DNA of 64,000 nucleotides. Origin: Eledone cirrhosa (lineage: Eukaryota). The notes beneath the pieces were generated by a model. That model saw only the letters and a list, made by a program, of their open reading frames with translations, was not told the DNA's origin and made no database searches. Below are positions 29,901 through 43,382 of the stretch, one piece after another. Position 1 is the first letter of the stretch; each line of letters starts with the position of its first letter. The stretch lies in the NCBI GenBank assembly GCA_964016885.1, contig OZ024742.1, forward strand, positions 214,210,001 through 214,274,000. The letters are read 5' to 3'. A program made the translations under genes and the position numbers.

Positions 29901-30905
29901 GTTCTTAGTTAGAAATAAGGGCCCAGGATTGCAGCTCACCGAGCTGCAGTCCTGGTCAAGCAAAGATCGAGAAAATTGGGCGCCTGGCACACTGAGTGTG
30001 CCCAGGCGCTAACAGCTCTCTGGCAGGCGGACGCGGCTATCGGTGCAGACTCCACCTCGTCATTCTATAGAGGGCTGGTGATTAGTAGGTGTGACGACGC
30101 TCTCGGACAAGCCCTAGGCATGGAGGAAGACAAACTGGCCAGCCTATTAGGGAGGACATTTGGCCCGGGACCTATGGACAACCTCCAGAAGTCCCTGGCC
30201 TGGCAGTGCTACCGAGGGGCGCCGCCCGTTCGAGAAACGATCTACAGACACGGGCGCCTGGTAGGGCCCCCTCGAAAAAAATCTGTCCCAGATGCGTGCG
30301 CGACGAAGGAAACGTTGTGCACGCATTGGTACACTGTTCGGGGGTTGCCGATCTGTGTGGCTATGTCGAACGACTGCTGTCATGGGTGGGACCAATACGG
30401 TTGACCACTGAGTCTATTGTAACGATCTAGCCGCTTCTCCTCTTAAAAAATGAAGGAGAGGCGGTCTTCCTCTGTGTAATAGCCATGGTGAAAGAGGTGG
30501 TATGGTGGACACGTTTGAAAGGGCTGAGGTCGGACACCTTTCTCTCCGGCCAACAACTGGTCCTTTTCTTTAAATTCCATTTCAAGAGAAGGATCAGAAG
30601 GGAGAGAGAGGTGCTCTAACCCAGCAAGTTTTATGAAAGCTGGGTGAAAGTAGCGACAATGGCCCGTGTGAATGGGCCTTCTCTCTTTATCAGCCTGTAG
30701 GTGGAAAGGTGGAAGTGCAAAGGAGAACCCCCTCTCTGTGATCCTAAGGAAAAGGGTTGCACACTTTTTCGGGGGTGTGTATAACCCCCAAAACGCCTCC
30801 TCCCTATTGAGGACTGTATTGTTAATTTTTTACTCGTTCCTTTATGTAAACTCCCCCCTTGTATCTGTCCCCTTCTTTGTGCCCTCGTGGCAAATAAATA
30901 AAAAC

Positions 30906-30907
<2 letters not shown>
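26937..30907 (+). mobile_element. L1/Tx1-type LINE copy 2 with RT deleted
   Basis: ORF1 remnants (CYLCGGRGHLRAAY). APE ORF 29297-29896 joins at about 29920 directly to the C-terminal domain. Ends AATAAA + (ATCT)n 30908-30961. SINE inserted at 28733-28945. Confidence 0.9.
28733..28945 (+). mobile_element. tRNA-derived SINE with duplicated head
   Basis: GATTGGCAGTATCGGTAGAGG occurs twice; B box GAGTTCAAATCCC; 3' GTAGAAACAATT. Confidence 0.85.
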
Positions 30908-30961
<54 letters not shown>

Positions 30962-30962
<1 letters not shown>

Positions 30963-33230
30963 ATAGAGAGGGTAGAGTGTAACCCTGGCTTCGGTGGGGC
31001 TCTGATCAATTTAGATCAGTCTAAGGCATTTGATGGGGTCGACCATCAATACTTGGAAGCAGTTCTCAAGACGGCCGGCTTCGGTCCCATCTTCAGAGGC
31101 TGGATCGCTGCCATGCACACCAGCATCTGCTCGGCAGTCAAGGGGAATGGCTACCTATCAGAGCCATACCAAATCATGCGTTCCATCCGTCAGGGATGCC
31201 TCTCTCCTCCATTCTGTATGTACTGACTCTCGAGCCGTTACTGCGGAAGTTGGAGCTGTTGCAGGGCATCTCGATCGAACCAGGACTGCGGAAAGCAGCG
31301 TCAGCCTATGCCGACGACATAACCGTATTGGTGTCGAAAACCTCGGAAATCAGGGTAATCGGCAACCTATTACAGGAATACGAAACTTTGACAGGATCAA
31401 AATTAAACCCAAACAAGTCTGCAACTCGGTTTGCAACTTGGCACATGGAGAGGCAAACCCATGCCTTCCGACAGTGTCGCTGGACGCTGGACGCTGGATG
31501 GAAGGACCGGTGAAATTGCTCGGGGTCTGGTTAGGTCCAGACCTCCAGGGGACAAGAACTGGAACGAGGTCACGGCGAAGGTGTTTGCGCTCACCCAGAA
31601 GTGGGCTGAAGGCAAACTCTCATTGAAAGGTCGAGCGGAGGCGGCGAACACTTATATCGCGTCCGTCATCTACTACCGCTTGCCCCCGCGAATAACTTAC
31701 CAAAATGGAACGCCTACCCTTCAAGTTCGTCTGGAAGAAAGAGGCTCCATTGGTGAGGAGATCCATCTGCTGTCAACACTCTTCTAACGGAGGGCTGGGC
31801 ATACCGTGGCTGATGATGCGCAAACATGCGCTGAGGCTACACCATCTCCAGGTATTCCTGACCGGCGAACCGGTGTGGCTGTCGTTTGTGAGACGAGCTC
31901 TTCCACAACTCGTCTCACTAACAGAACTGCAGACCTGGGTCAAGCGAAGACCGAAAATGGGTGCCTGGCACCTCAAGTGCCTACAGGCACTCACAGCCCT
32001 CTAAGAAGCAGAAACGGCAATCAGCGGAGACTCCACTTCGACATTCTATAGGGAATTAGTGAAGGATAGGTGCGACGACCGACGTTCTCGGGAAACTCTA
32101 GGCAACGAGGAGGACGAACTGACCAGTCTGTTCGTGAGGAATTTCCGTCTAGGGCCTATGGATAACTTCCAGAGGTCTCTGGCCTTGCAGCGTTACCGAG
32201 GATCTCTACCAGTTCGAGACAAAATCTACAGGCATGGACGCCTTGGCAGAGATCCTGCCAAAAGGACCTGGATAATGGACGACTGGCACATCGAATGTAC
32301 TCAGGCGCTCACAGCTCTCTGGCAGGCTGACCCGGCGATCAGTGAAGACTCTACTTCGTCATTCTATAGAGGGTTCGACCGCAGCAAGTGCGACGCCGCG
32401 CTCTGAGAAACTCTAGGCGTAAGGAAGACGAACTGGCCAGTCTGCTCGGTAGGAACTTCCGCCCGGGACCGATGGACAACTTCCAAAAGTCCCTGGCAGT
32501 GCTACCGAGGAGCTCTACCAGTTCGAGACAATCTCTACAGACATGGGAGCCCGGACACGAACCCTTCGAAAAAGATCTGTCCGAGATGCGTGCGAGACGA
32601 AGAAACCGTCGTGCAAGCATTCGTAAACTGCCCGGGCGTTACCGACCTGTGGGTCTATGTAGAACGACTATTGACACGGTTGGGACCAATCCGGTTGAAC
32701 ATCGAGTCCATTGTCATGATCAAACCGCCACTCTCCTTCAAAAACGAAGGAGAGGCGGTTTTCCTATGTGTGATAGCTATGGCGAAAGAGGTTGTATGGT
32801 GGACGAGGTTAAAAGGGCTGAGGTCAGACACCTTTCTCTCCAGCCAACAACTGATTCTTTTTTTCAAATACCATTTTGGAAGAAGAATCAGGATGTCAGG
32901 ATGGAGAGAGAGGTGCTGTACCCCAGCAAGTTTTATGAACGGTGGGTGAAAGTGGCGAGAATGGCCCGAGTGAATGAGCCTTCTCTCTATATCAGCCTGT
33001 AGGTTGAGACAGAGAGGAGAGGGGTACTCACTCTCGTACTCCTGGAGATGAGGGTTGCACATTTTTTCGGGGGTATGTGTTACGCACATGTAATGTCTCC
33101 CCCTATTGGGGAAAATCGAATAATTTTTAAATTGCATTTGTGATAGTATTTTACACGATCTTATTGTATGTAAACTTCCCCCTTTGTATTTGTTCCCTTC
33201 TTGTGTGCCCCTGTGGCTAATAAAGAAACA
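30962..33230 (+). mobile_element. L1/Tx1-type LINE copy 3, 5'-truncated
   Basis: Starts mid-RT right after (ATCT)n (LINLDQSKAFD, YADD). Internal ~310-bp duplication near 31960-32580. Ends AATAAA + TATCTATCT. Confidence 0.9.
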
Positions 33231-33242
33231 TATCTATCTATA

Positions 33243-33420
33243 ACTGTTTCTACTTTTGGCACAAGGCCAGCAATTACCCAGTGCATTACTGGTACTTATT
33301 TTATCGACCCCGTAAGGATGAAAGGCAAAGTCAACCTCGGCGGGATTTGAACTCAGATCGTAAAGGGACGTAACTATGCTGGAAAGCATGGCGTCCGACC
33401 CTCTACCGATACTGCCAATC
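33243..33420 (-). mobile_element. tRNA-derived SINE
   Basis: Near full-length copy; ATCTATAAC on both sides (target-site-duplication-like). Confidence 0.85.
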
Positions 33421-36400
33421 TATAACACAAACCAAAATGCAACAAACACACAAACACCAACACAAGCGACGCAAACAGCACAACCCCCTCCCCCTGAAAA
33501 TAAAACACCTGCTACAAAACGTAAACACACACAAGAACCACAGACATAAAGCAACACAACACAACCAAAATGTTACACCTACATAAATACTAACAATAAC
33601 ACTTTAACATACACCATATATAAAAACTCTTCGGTGGAGACCGAAGGGAAAACTTTTATACACTCTTCGGAGAATCCTAATCTTAAAATAATTAGGATCT
33701 CCATGGACACACATACAGTTAAAAGGAAAATTTCCTAACGACGTAGGTAACCCCTGAGTCAAACCCTTCAATCAAGTCCTGTTAAACTGTTTCCCGACCC
33801 CCCACCCCAGACACCCCATCCACCAGACACTCCCTCCCCACCAAATATCTCCGTCCCCACCCCGCCAGAAACCACCACCCCGCCAGAAACCACCACCCCA
33901 CCAAACAACCCCTCCAACACCCCCATGAAAATCGTGCAGCCTGGTCCCCAGGAGACGTAGAGGTGAGTGATCTCTTTTCCTCTTCTTTTATCTTTTCAGG
34001 ACCAACATGGCCAATATAAGAGTTGGATGTTTGAATGTACGCTGCCTGGGGATGCTCTGGAAACAGTCAAACTCTTAAACGACCTCATGTCGCAAAGTAT
34101 GGATGTCGTAACCATTTGCCAGTCCAGGATCCACAGCGAGAGACAATTGGATCTCATCTTCGACGAGTTTGAGATCTACGCATCTCTCTGTCAGCCGTGA
34201 GGTGGGGCGGGGTTGCTGTTTTTTCTGCGGAAACACCTGGACCTCGTAACACAGACGGTACATCTGGACCCGGAGGGTCGACTGGTGGTCCTAGACGTTG
34301 ACGGTAGTGAAGGTGGAGCCTGCAGGCTGGTGGCCGCATATTCCCCATCCGGGTCACCGCGGCCAGATTTCTTCAAACGTCTAGAGACTTTCTGGGAACG
34401 CCTCGCTCTTTGCTGTTGGTAGGGGACTGGAATGGAATCCTAGATGCACGTTGGGACTGTGTGGGAGCATGTCCCGATAGAGGGGGTTGTAACAGCCTCA
34501 AACAGTTAATCGGCCGAATTCAACTGGCCGATAGATATCGACTAGATTTCCGACTGTGCCTCTGTGGACGTGGACCAACCATAGCGGAACATCTAGATCG
34601 TACCTAGACGGGGACCCGGCTACTGGAAGCTGAACTTGTCGTTACCGACATGCAAAGCCTACAGTAGACGGATTAGCACTTTAGTTAAGCAGCACTTGAC
34701 GGGGGGCATTGTCAACAACAGATGGTGGTACACTCTCAAGAGGGCAGTTAGATTAGACTCGATAGGTTTTAGTAAAGAAATAGTGTTAGATAGAAATAAG
34801 ACCGAAAAGAAAATGGTAGATAAAGTAGAAGAGGCACTTAGAAGTGACAACGTAGCCAGCGTGCTAGCGACAAGGACGGCCTTGGACCAGTTCTTCGACG
34901 CAAAGCATGAAGGCTGCGTTGTCAGGAGCAAAATACGTGCTCTGGGAAACGAGGGAGCGAAAGCTGTTAGCCGGGCCCGAGTGACGGAGGCGAAAAGTGG
35001 CAACAAGTCCACGATTAGGTGTTACAAGGACCGAGACGGCTGCGTGAACGTGAGCCGAAGCAGATGTGTGCGGCCTTTCAGCGGCACTTTGCTCAATTGT
35101 TCTGGCAGGGCGGCGCGCCGGGAGGGGCTATGGATTTCGGTCCCTACCTTAACGGCCTTCCGCGAGTTTCGGACGGCGAGGCGAAGTTCTGCGAAAGGCC
35201 AATTTTGGCCGTTGACATAGGGGACGCGCTGAGCCAATGCGGCAAACGAAAAACTCCAGGTGCCGACGGTCTACCCTACAAATTTTACGTAGCAATGCCG
35301 GACTTGTTCTCCGTCTCCTGGAAGCGGTCTACTGCAACTGACAGCAGAACGGGAGAATTCCCAGTTCTGTGACCAATGGCGTAGTCACGTTACATATTTT
35401 GGCCAAGGTTTTGGCAAAGAGGCTGGCGCTTGTCGTCGAAAAGCTGGTGGGAGAAGCGCAGACATGCGCAATCTCGACCAGGTCCATACAGGACAACCTC
35501 CACCTCATGCGATATATCACAGAGACGGTAGGGTGTAAACCCGGCTTCGGTGGGGCCCTGATCAACTTGGATCAGTCTAAGGCTTTCGATAGGGTTGACC
35601 ATCGTTACCTGGATGCGGTGCTCGAGGCGGCAGGCATCGGACCCGACTTCAGGGACTGGATTCCTGCAATGCACAGCAGAAACATCTGCTCAAGGGTCAA
35701 GGTGAAATGTTACCGCTCGGAGCCGTTCCATATCACGCGATCCATCCGACAGGGATGCCCTCCCCCCTCTCTTCTGTACGTACTGACTCCCGAGCCACTA
35801 CTGCGGAAGTTGGAGTTGTTGCAGGGCATCCCTCTGGAAGCGGGACTGCGGAAAGCGGCGTCGGCCTACGCCGACGACGTCACAGTAATGGTGTCGACAC
35901 CTCGCATTTCGAGGAAGTCGGCACCCTACTGAAAGAATACGAAAGGTTCACAGGAGCGAAGCTGAACCGGGGAAAATCCGTCGGTTTGCAACTCGGAACG
36001 TGGAGTGGAAAACTGGTGCCGTCTGACGCTGGACGGAAGGACCGGTAAAAATGCTCGGGGTCTGGTTTGGTCCGGACCTCCAGGTGGGGAAGAACTGGAA
36101 CGAGGTGACGGCCAAGGTGTTTGCGCTCACCCATAAGCGAACAACTGATTCGTTCTTTCAAATATCATTTTGGAAGAAGAATCAGGATGGAGAGAGAGGT
36201 GCTGTGCCCCAGCAAATTTTATGAAAGGTGGGTGAATTAGGCAAAGATTGCCAGAGTGGTTGGGCCTTCTCTATATATAAGCCTGTAGGTTGAGGAAAAA
36301 GAGGAAGAGAGGAAGAGAGGAAGGGAGTACTCACTCTTGGTGCTCCTGGAGATGAGGGTTGTACATTTTTTTAGGGGTTTGTACAACTCCTGTGTAACGC

Positions 36401-36530
36401 CTCCCCCTGTTTGGGGATTTAAATTGTTATTTGTTATTTTATTAATAGTTTTATTTTCATATACCTGTATGTAAACCCCCATTTGTATTTGTCCCCTTCT
36501 TTTGTGCCCTTGTGGCTAATAAAGACATTT
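33421..36530 (+). mobile_element. L1/Tx1-type LINE copy 4, 5'-truncated, internal deletions
   Basis: ORF1 3' remnant; ORF2 from ATG 34007 with APE and RT motifs (KAFDRVDH, RQGCP, YADD) to 36288; AATAAA + TATCTATCTATCT. Confidence 0.9.
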
Positions 36531-38796
36531 ATCTATCTATCTATTCATGCATCTATCCATCCACCCATTTCTAGTAGAGTGCACAACTGTTGTCAACATA
36601 TAAAAACATATATGCATACATTCACTTTTATAAATTACGACTGCATTGGCATTCTGAAACAGCTTTTATGAGCAAGGTGTATAGCTTATCAAATCGCCTC
36701 TCAGAATATTATAGAAATGATTATATTCAGTTCAGATGTAGGGATGAAGGGCCTAAATTTATGGCAATGAACGTGCCATATTTTATTCTACGTGATATCG
36801 AATATATGATATACTGATCTTATTAAGGCAAGATACCAAAAGGGTTTGTCGGATGAAAATAAAAATAAAAAAATGAAGAGAACGAGAAAAATTTAAGATC
36901 TGAACTCAGTATATCCTAAATAAACAAACTATAAATAAAATATTCTACACTTGTATGTGTGCATGTGTATATGCTTAGTTTCTGTACATGTGTATATGCA
37001 GTTATTAGATGGAAAATCGTTGGAATGTTTTACATATTTTTACTGTTCCATTAATGGATTGTACTTGTAATTTCCTAACTAGTTGCGTTATTTCTGTTCC
37101 TGTGAAGCCCAGCTTCTCAATATTTATATTGAGGCAGTTACTAACATTCCAGTGCCCCAATAATCACAGGCATAAATCTGAAGGTATAATCAGGGTGGAG
37201 TGTCTGCAGATTTCTCATTAGATCTGCATAAATAGTCTGCTTCTCGCTAATCTTTGATATTATATTGACATCTGCTGGGCAGCTAACTTCCACTACTGTG
37301 CATGTCTTCTTTTCCCTGTCCCATATCATAATATCTGTTCTGTTACGCCTTCATTATATTGGGGTTTTACTGGAACATCCCACCAGTACTCTTTCAGATT
37401 ATGTATATGTATGTCTTCCACATTGCTGTAGCTTTTAATGTGTTTATTATCGGGGATATCTTTTCTACGGATTGCATTGTACAGTGTTTTGGCCACTACA
37501 TCATGACTCATAGGTAGATAGTACCGTGATGACATCTTTGGACAGCTGCTTAGACATTTTGACATCTTCGATGTTAATTCTGCAGAGTCTGCACTTGTTA
37601 TCACATCTAGGTGTTTTGCCTGCATCCCTATCTCTTTTGTGAATCAAGTATTTCGTGTTGATTTGCTGTTCTTGGATTGCAAAATCGTATCCTTCAAAGT
37701 GGGAGCCAATATAGCGGTCGTTGGTCCAAGATAGACTATTTTCTTTATCCACATTACTCTCACTCCGGAGCTTCCTGGCAACATATCCATACAAAATTCT
37801 TTGCTGATGAGCATGCAGTTTTTCATCCATGGATTCACTGCGATACTGCTGAGTGACTTCCCTGGGTGTGAGGTTTTGATTATCACACAGGGAATATCTC
37901 TCGAGGAGTTCCTTCCTATCTCACATGATCTTATCTGTTTCATGCAGATAGACTTGCTCGAGAGACGGGCTCCTACGGTTCCAGGTTCGTAGATGTTGTC
38001 GGAGGGATATGATGCGACATTCAGATGGTGTCTGGTCTGATATTAGGCCTCTGCCTCCCTGCTTACGTTTCAAGTAAAGGCGGTCTATGTCACTAATGAT
38101 GTGGAAGTTTCCTGTGTTGTTTAGTATTTTTCGGGTTCTAACATCAATTGCTCGGATTTCGTCTATCGTCCAATTGAGTATTCCAAACGTTGGTGTTAGG
38201 ACAGGCATAGCAAACACGTTTTGCGCACAGAGAGTTTCGATGACCATATCTTTCTTAATCGGGTGTAGAATTCCCTTGTTACGCGTTCCTTATTACAGAT
38301 ACCATTATAGGATATGTTCTCATCTATCCCCAGGTATCTGTAGGAGTCCTCATCAGATATCGATGATACAGTTAGGCCATTGATGACAATGTTGCTAAAT
38401 TGGGTTGTTGTTTTTCCCCACTTTACAGTCATATATGAACATTTATCTTGGCCAAACTCCATTCCTATATCCTTTGAGAATGTTGTAACCAAGTCAAGAT
38501 TTTTCTTCATCCCATCCATGTTCTTGGCATAGAGTTTCAGATAATCCACAAAGAAATTATGGGATAAGTTCGTATTTCTGTCCCCCTGTAAGCCAATGAT
38601 GTATCCTTCACATTTCTTGAGCAGAAAGGACAAGGGGTTTAATGACAGGATGAATAATATCACAGAGAGACTGTCTCCCTGAAATATACCCCTGCGATAT
38701 TTTATTTTATCAGTGAAAATAGTGTCCTCCTTCTCTGTTTTTAACTTTAGGATAGTAGCTCAAGAAGAAGACAACTTCTCTATGGCTCTGATAATA

Positions 38797-38978
38797 ATTG
38801 TTTCTACTTTAGGCACAAGGCCAGCAATTATCCAGTACATTACTGGTACTTTATTTCATCGACCCCGCAAGGACGAAAGGCAAAGTTAACCTTGGCGGGA
38901 TTTGAACTCAGACCGTAAAGGGACGTAACTATGCTAGAAAGCATGGCGTCCAACCCTCTACCGATACTGCCAATTCAT
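38797..38978 (-). mobile_element. tRNA-derived SINE with TSD
   Basis: Flanked by CTCTGATAATAAT at 38786-38798 and 38987-38999. Confidence 0.9.
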
Positions 38979-39221
38979 CCCTATGTCTCTGATAATAATA
39001 TCCGGGACTTTAGCAAGTCGGAGGGCCTCTATCACCCAAGAGTGGGGAACAGAATCGAAAGCTTTCCTATAGTCCAGCCAGACTGTAGCCATATTCCTCC
39101 TAAGTTGTTGCACCTCCGACATCGCAGTTTTGTTGATGAGGTGTTGTTCAGCACATCCCCAAACCCCTTTCTTTCCAGCTGCTTGTTCATCTGTGATGAT
39201 GTTATTATTCTCTCAGTGATG

Positions 39222-39342
39222 GTCTGAGTTCAAATCCCGCCGAGATTAACTTTGCCTTTCATCCTTACGGGGTCGATAAAATAAAGCACGAGTAATACCC
39301 TGGGATAATTGCTGGCCTTGTGCCAAAAGTAGAAACAATTAT
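39222..39342 (+). mobile_element. 5'-truncated SINE with TSD
   Basis: Flanked by ATTATT(C/T)TCTCAGTGAT direct repeats. Confidence 0.85.
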
Positions 39343-41147
39343 TTTCTCAGTGATCTTGGAGGAATAGATTCAGACAGGCTGTATACATCTTATACATCAG
39401 GTTCTGGCATGCAATGGGTCGGTAGTCTTTTGCTAAGTGGGTGTCTTTGTTGTTGGGGACCAGTAATGTTTGTGCTAATGTCAACCATTCTGGTATAAGT
39501 GTATCTCCCTTATGAACATGTTGGTAGAGTTCAGTAAGATACCTCCGACAGAATCTCAGTTTTTTGTACCAGTAGCCGACAATCATATATTTTCCTGGAG
39601 TTTTCCTATCACAGTCTCAAGGGTACCCTCACTTATTTCGTATGTCTTTGTTGTAATGTAGGATCAATAGTTCTTTTGGATTTCTTTTAGCCACACTGCA
39701 TCTTGGTTGAAATTCTTATTTTCACCCCATATTTTTCTCCAGAAGGAATCTGTCTTTCTGGGATGGGGCCTCAGTGACACTTATAATTTTGCCCTTCATA
39801 TCTCTATAGACTGATGTTTGGTTTCGTCTGAATTTTTATTAAGCACTTTTCTTTCATCTACTTTCTTCAGGTATCGGCATTTTTCGCTAACAGCTCTCAA
39901 TTCTTGTTTGAGGGTGATCAGCTTATATTGAAGAGTTCTGGTTCTACTGTTACCAAACATCGTCTCTATTTTATTTTTCATTCTTTGTTGGTGAGGAGTG
40001 AGGTTTTGTGTGTTTGTTTGCATTTAAGGAGCATTGTCACATATCCTATGGTTTTTCGTAGGTCAGCACTCTTTTTTTCTATTTTAGTTATATATAATGG
40101 TATTTTTGGTGGTGTTTTGTTCTTGTTAATATCTCTGCTATCACCAAGATAATGCTTCACTGTCGTTGCTAAGGCATATAAACAGGCGTTGATTTACCAA
40201 AATGTTAGGGTTTTTATCCGTCGTAAATATTCATCCCCTATTTCGTCAATAACACGTATTATTTCATTATTTGTTATTTTTATTAAATATTGTTGTTTTA
40301 ATACGTTCAGCGAGAGAAATGTTTATACATGAATTAATTTCTCTCTGGAAGATTTCGTTGAGGGAAATTTTCAATTATTTATACTTTTGATTATTATCAT
40401 TATCAAATAGAATTTTCCACAATAGTCGAGGTAGACTCGGATGGTATACGTGGTGTCAATTTCTTCGATTATTATTATTATTTCTTCGATTATTATTATT
40501 ATCGATAGTCTTTTCCCCAGCATTCGAGGTAGACTTAGATGGTACACGTGGTGTCAGATTTCTTACAGGCATAGTTGTTTCAAGGCACTGTTCGACCTGG
40601 CTGCTAGGAAGTCTAGTAGCATGGCGACCTGTAGCACGTGTTGTTGATTCCATGTTTGTTGTGGGGGACTTACAATTAATAATATTTATCTTATTTGTAC
40701 GTTCAACAAACGTCGCTTGTTGGCGTAATTGTTTCGCTGTGAAGTGATTTAGCTCTGGATGTATTTCGTCCCAGTGAAGCTTCATTCTGTTCATATAGCC
40801 AATGGAGGGAGTTTTTTTTGCCATTTTATAACAATTAAATAAATCATCATGTTTCAAACACTCTAAACCCTTTTGTAGTCAGTCCTCGCCATTGGTCTCT
40901 ATCCCCCGTCATGCATAGAAGAATCTCGGCATTGTAACCAGTACGTGTAGTTTATAACATGATATACTAGCAGCCATACTTGATTTGTCTGTGTTTATCA
41001 TTACCAAGAGAAATGCGATTCATAATTTCGGTTTCTTCTGTAGCTACAACTGAATAAATTATGTTTACCTTTCTCGTTTTTCTTGTATGTATGTATGTTC
41101 TTCTGATTTTATAATTTCACAAATCTTTGCCAATAGAGAGAGAGTGC

Positions 41148-41390
41148 CGGTTTCTAACATAGTTACAAGACTCTCTAATTGGAATTCACACAACATCAAC
41201 TAGGTAGATATGTATGCATCTCTGCATGAATGCATGTGTAGGTATGGATGTTATTGCATGAGTCGATGTGTATACTTTGAGTTGTATGTGTGCGTGTGTA
41301 TATGCTTTCTATCTGTACATGTGTATATGCAGTTATTAGATGCAACATTTTTGGAATGTTTTACATATTTTTACTGTTCCATTAATGTAT
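41148..41390 (-). mobile_element. 3'-UTR fragment of the R4-type element
   Basis: ATATGCAGTTATTAGATG...GGAATGTTTTACATATTTTTACTGTTCCATTAATG is shared with about 36995-37056. Confidence 0.7.
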
Positions 41391-43261
41391 GTATCTATGT
41401 TTGTATGTATGTATATGAGCAACATATTTAATAAGTTCATAAGTTTCATAAGTTTAAGTAACATTTTTTGCAAGAAAATAAAAAAAATATTGAATATCGT
41501 AAAGCATTGCAATCGTCATTGGAAGATGTTACCGATCAGAAAATAAGTAATTTAGAGTAATTATGTAAATAAATACAGCTTATCTTTCGAATGTGTAGAT
41601 TCTGCTAATACAGTAAGTAGAATTTTAGGTTCTATATTTGTTTGTTAATATAATTGCACATCTTATGAAGTTCAACTTCAATCAACCTCTGAACACCTTG
41701 GCTGCGCCAATTCTGTGTAAATCAATATTCTCGAACCAACGTTAAATTATTATCGTATTTGAGAAGCATTGAAAATACAAACAGTTCATGTGATCGAAAG
41801 ATTTTAGGTAATGATAAACACAAACAAATCAAGTATGGCTGCTAGTATATCATGTTATAAACTACACGTACTGGTTACAATGCCGAGATTCTTCTATGCA
41901 TGACGGGGGATAGAGACCAATGGCGAGGACTGACTACAAAAGGGTTTAGAGTGTTTGAAACATGATGATGAGTCCTACGGAACTGGATGACAGATTACGG
42001 TATTCATAAAAAAACTAATTTCTTTCTTTTTTGAAGCGATATCACTTATAACAGGCACAATAATATCACTACATTTCTGAGGCCATCCGACATGATGTCT
42101 TATTATATTCATTATTATTTAGTATTATACGATCAAATCATGAAGAAACACATTTGCGAATTTGTCTTTAATTAAAATGTCGGCAAATAAAAAAAATAAT
42201 AAATAAAACGAAACAACAAACTAAATACTTAAAGGTACATTTGTTTTTTAAAGCTGTGACTTCAAGTTCTATACTGGTTTTCTTCACATCCAGAAGTGGT
42301 CGATAAAATAATTATTAGTAGTATTCTGAATTATTGGGTACAAAATTACAATGTCAATCGATCTCCTAAACCAGGTAAACTAAATTGACAATTTAATTAA
42401 GTTTGTCAATGAAAAGTTGTCGATCACGTTGTCTCAATCCTTTCTTCTGTAAACTGTGCTTCCTCTATTTCCTTTTATTCAGATCACGAGAAAACATTTT
42501 GACTTACCAGTATATTTCTATTTTCATTTAGTGTCTAATAGGAAGTTAAGGTGAATTGCTCAGTATTTATTAAAGGTGGAACTAAGTTCCGCACGAAACA
42601 AGTGTTTAACCGCAAGGAAATTCGTTTTGTTAATTTCAGATAGGATTTCGCCATGTTTATGCATTGTCATAGTTTTCCCTGCCTTCTGAAAGTAATGAGG
42701 TCCATATTTGGCATTGCTGGAAATGATAGAATATATTTTTTTACCGGATTGCACTGAAAATCAGTTTTATTCTTATGTATCAATTCTATTTCCTTCTCAT
42801 TCTTTCTTATATTAGGGAACTCGCTTCTTACGTGTATAACTTACGTGTATAAATGAATAAACTGATATTCGTTTTATTGTTACTTTTTTCCACTTATATT
42901 CCCGTGGATATTTGTTGCAGCACATGTCACTGATGCTGATTTTGCTGTTGATTTGTTATAATTGGATAATATAGATAGTACAGAATTGTATAGTTTCTGC
43001 ATAGATTTGAACTGAATTCGTGCGCAGAATTTAGCCACATGATCTCTTTTCAATAATCCACTCTTACTTTGCAATATTCACTTATTGTATAAAAGAAGTC
43101 GTCTATGTATCTATTTCTACATATGTATATATATGTAAATTTGTTTACGCGCGTAGATGAATATTAAATTTATACACATATACAATAACCCACAAGAATA
43201 TATATGTGAATGTATATGCATATGCATGTATGTTCTTCTGGTTTTATTATTTTATAAGTTT

Positions 43262-43360
43262 TTTGACTTTTCCTTTCATCCTTGCGGGGTCGATAAAATA
43301 AAGTACCAGTAATGCACTGGGTAAGTGCTGTCCTTGTGCCTAAAGTAGAAACAATTATTT
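43262..43360 (+). mobile_element. 5'-truncated SINE with TSD
   Basis: SINE 3' half flanked by ATTATTTTATAAGTTTTT-like repeats. Confidence 0.8.
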
Positions 43361-43382
43361 TATAAGTTTTTACCAATAGAAC

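Larger units (their letters stand above)
36950..41050 (-). mobile_element. R4/Dong-type RLE non-LTR retrotransposon, decayed
   Basis: N-term YMNRMKLHWDEIHPE..KQLRQQ; RT DYRPIAC, RGIFQGDSLS, FFVDYLKLY, YRYLGI; AIQEQQINT; CRLC..H..C..HDVVAK; RLE-like IWDR..VVEVSCPAD..K..Y. Interrupted by two SINEs. Confidence 0.85.

Noticed and set aside
41963-42000. TGATGAGTCC...GGATGAC resembling a hammerhead
   Set aside because: Core is formed by the junction of the inverted duplicate; no C3, GAAA or helix I.
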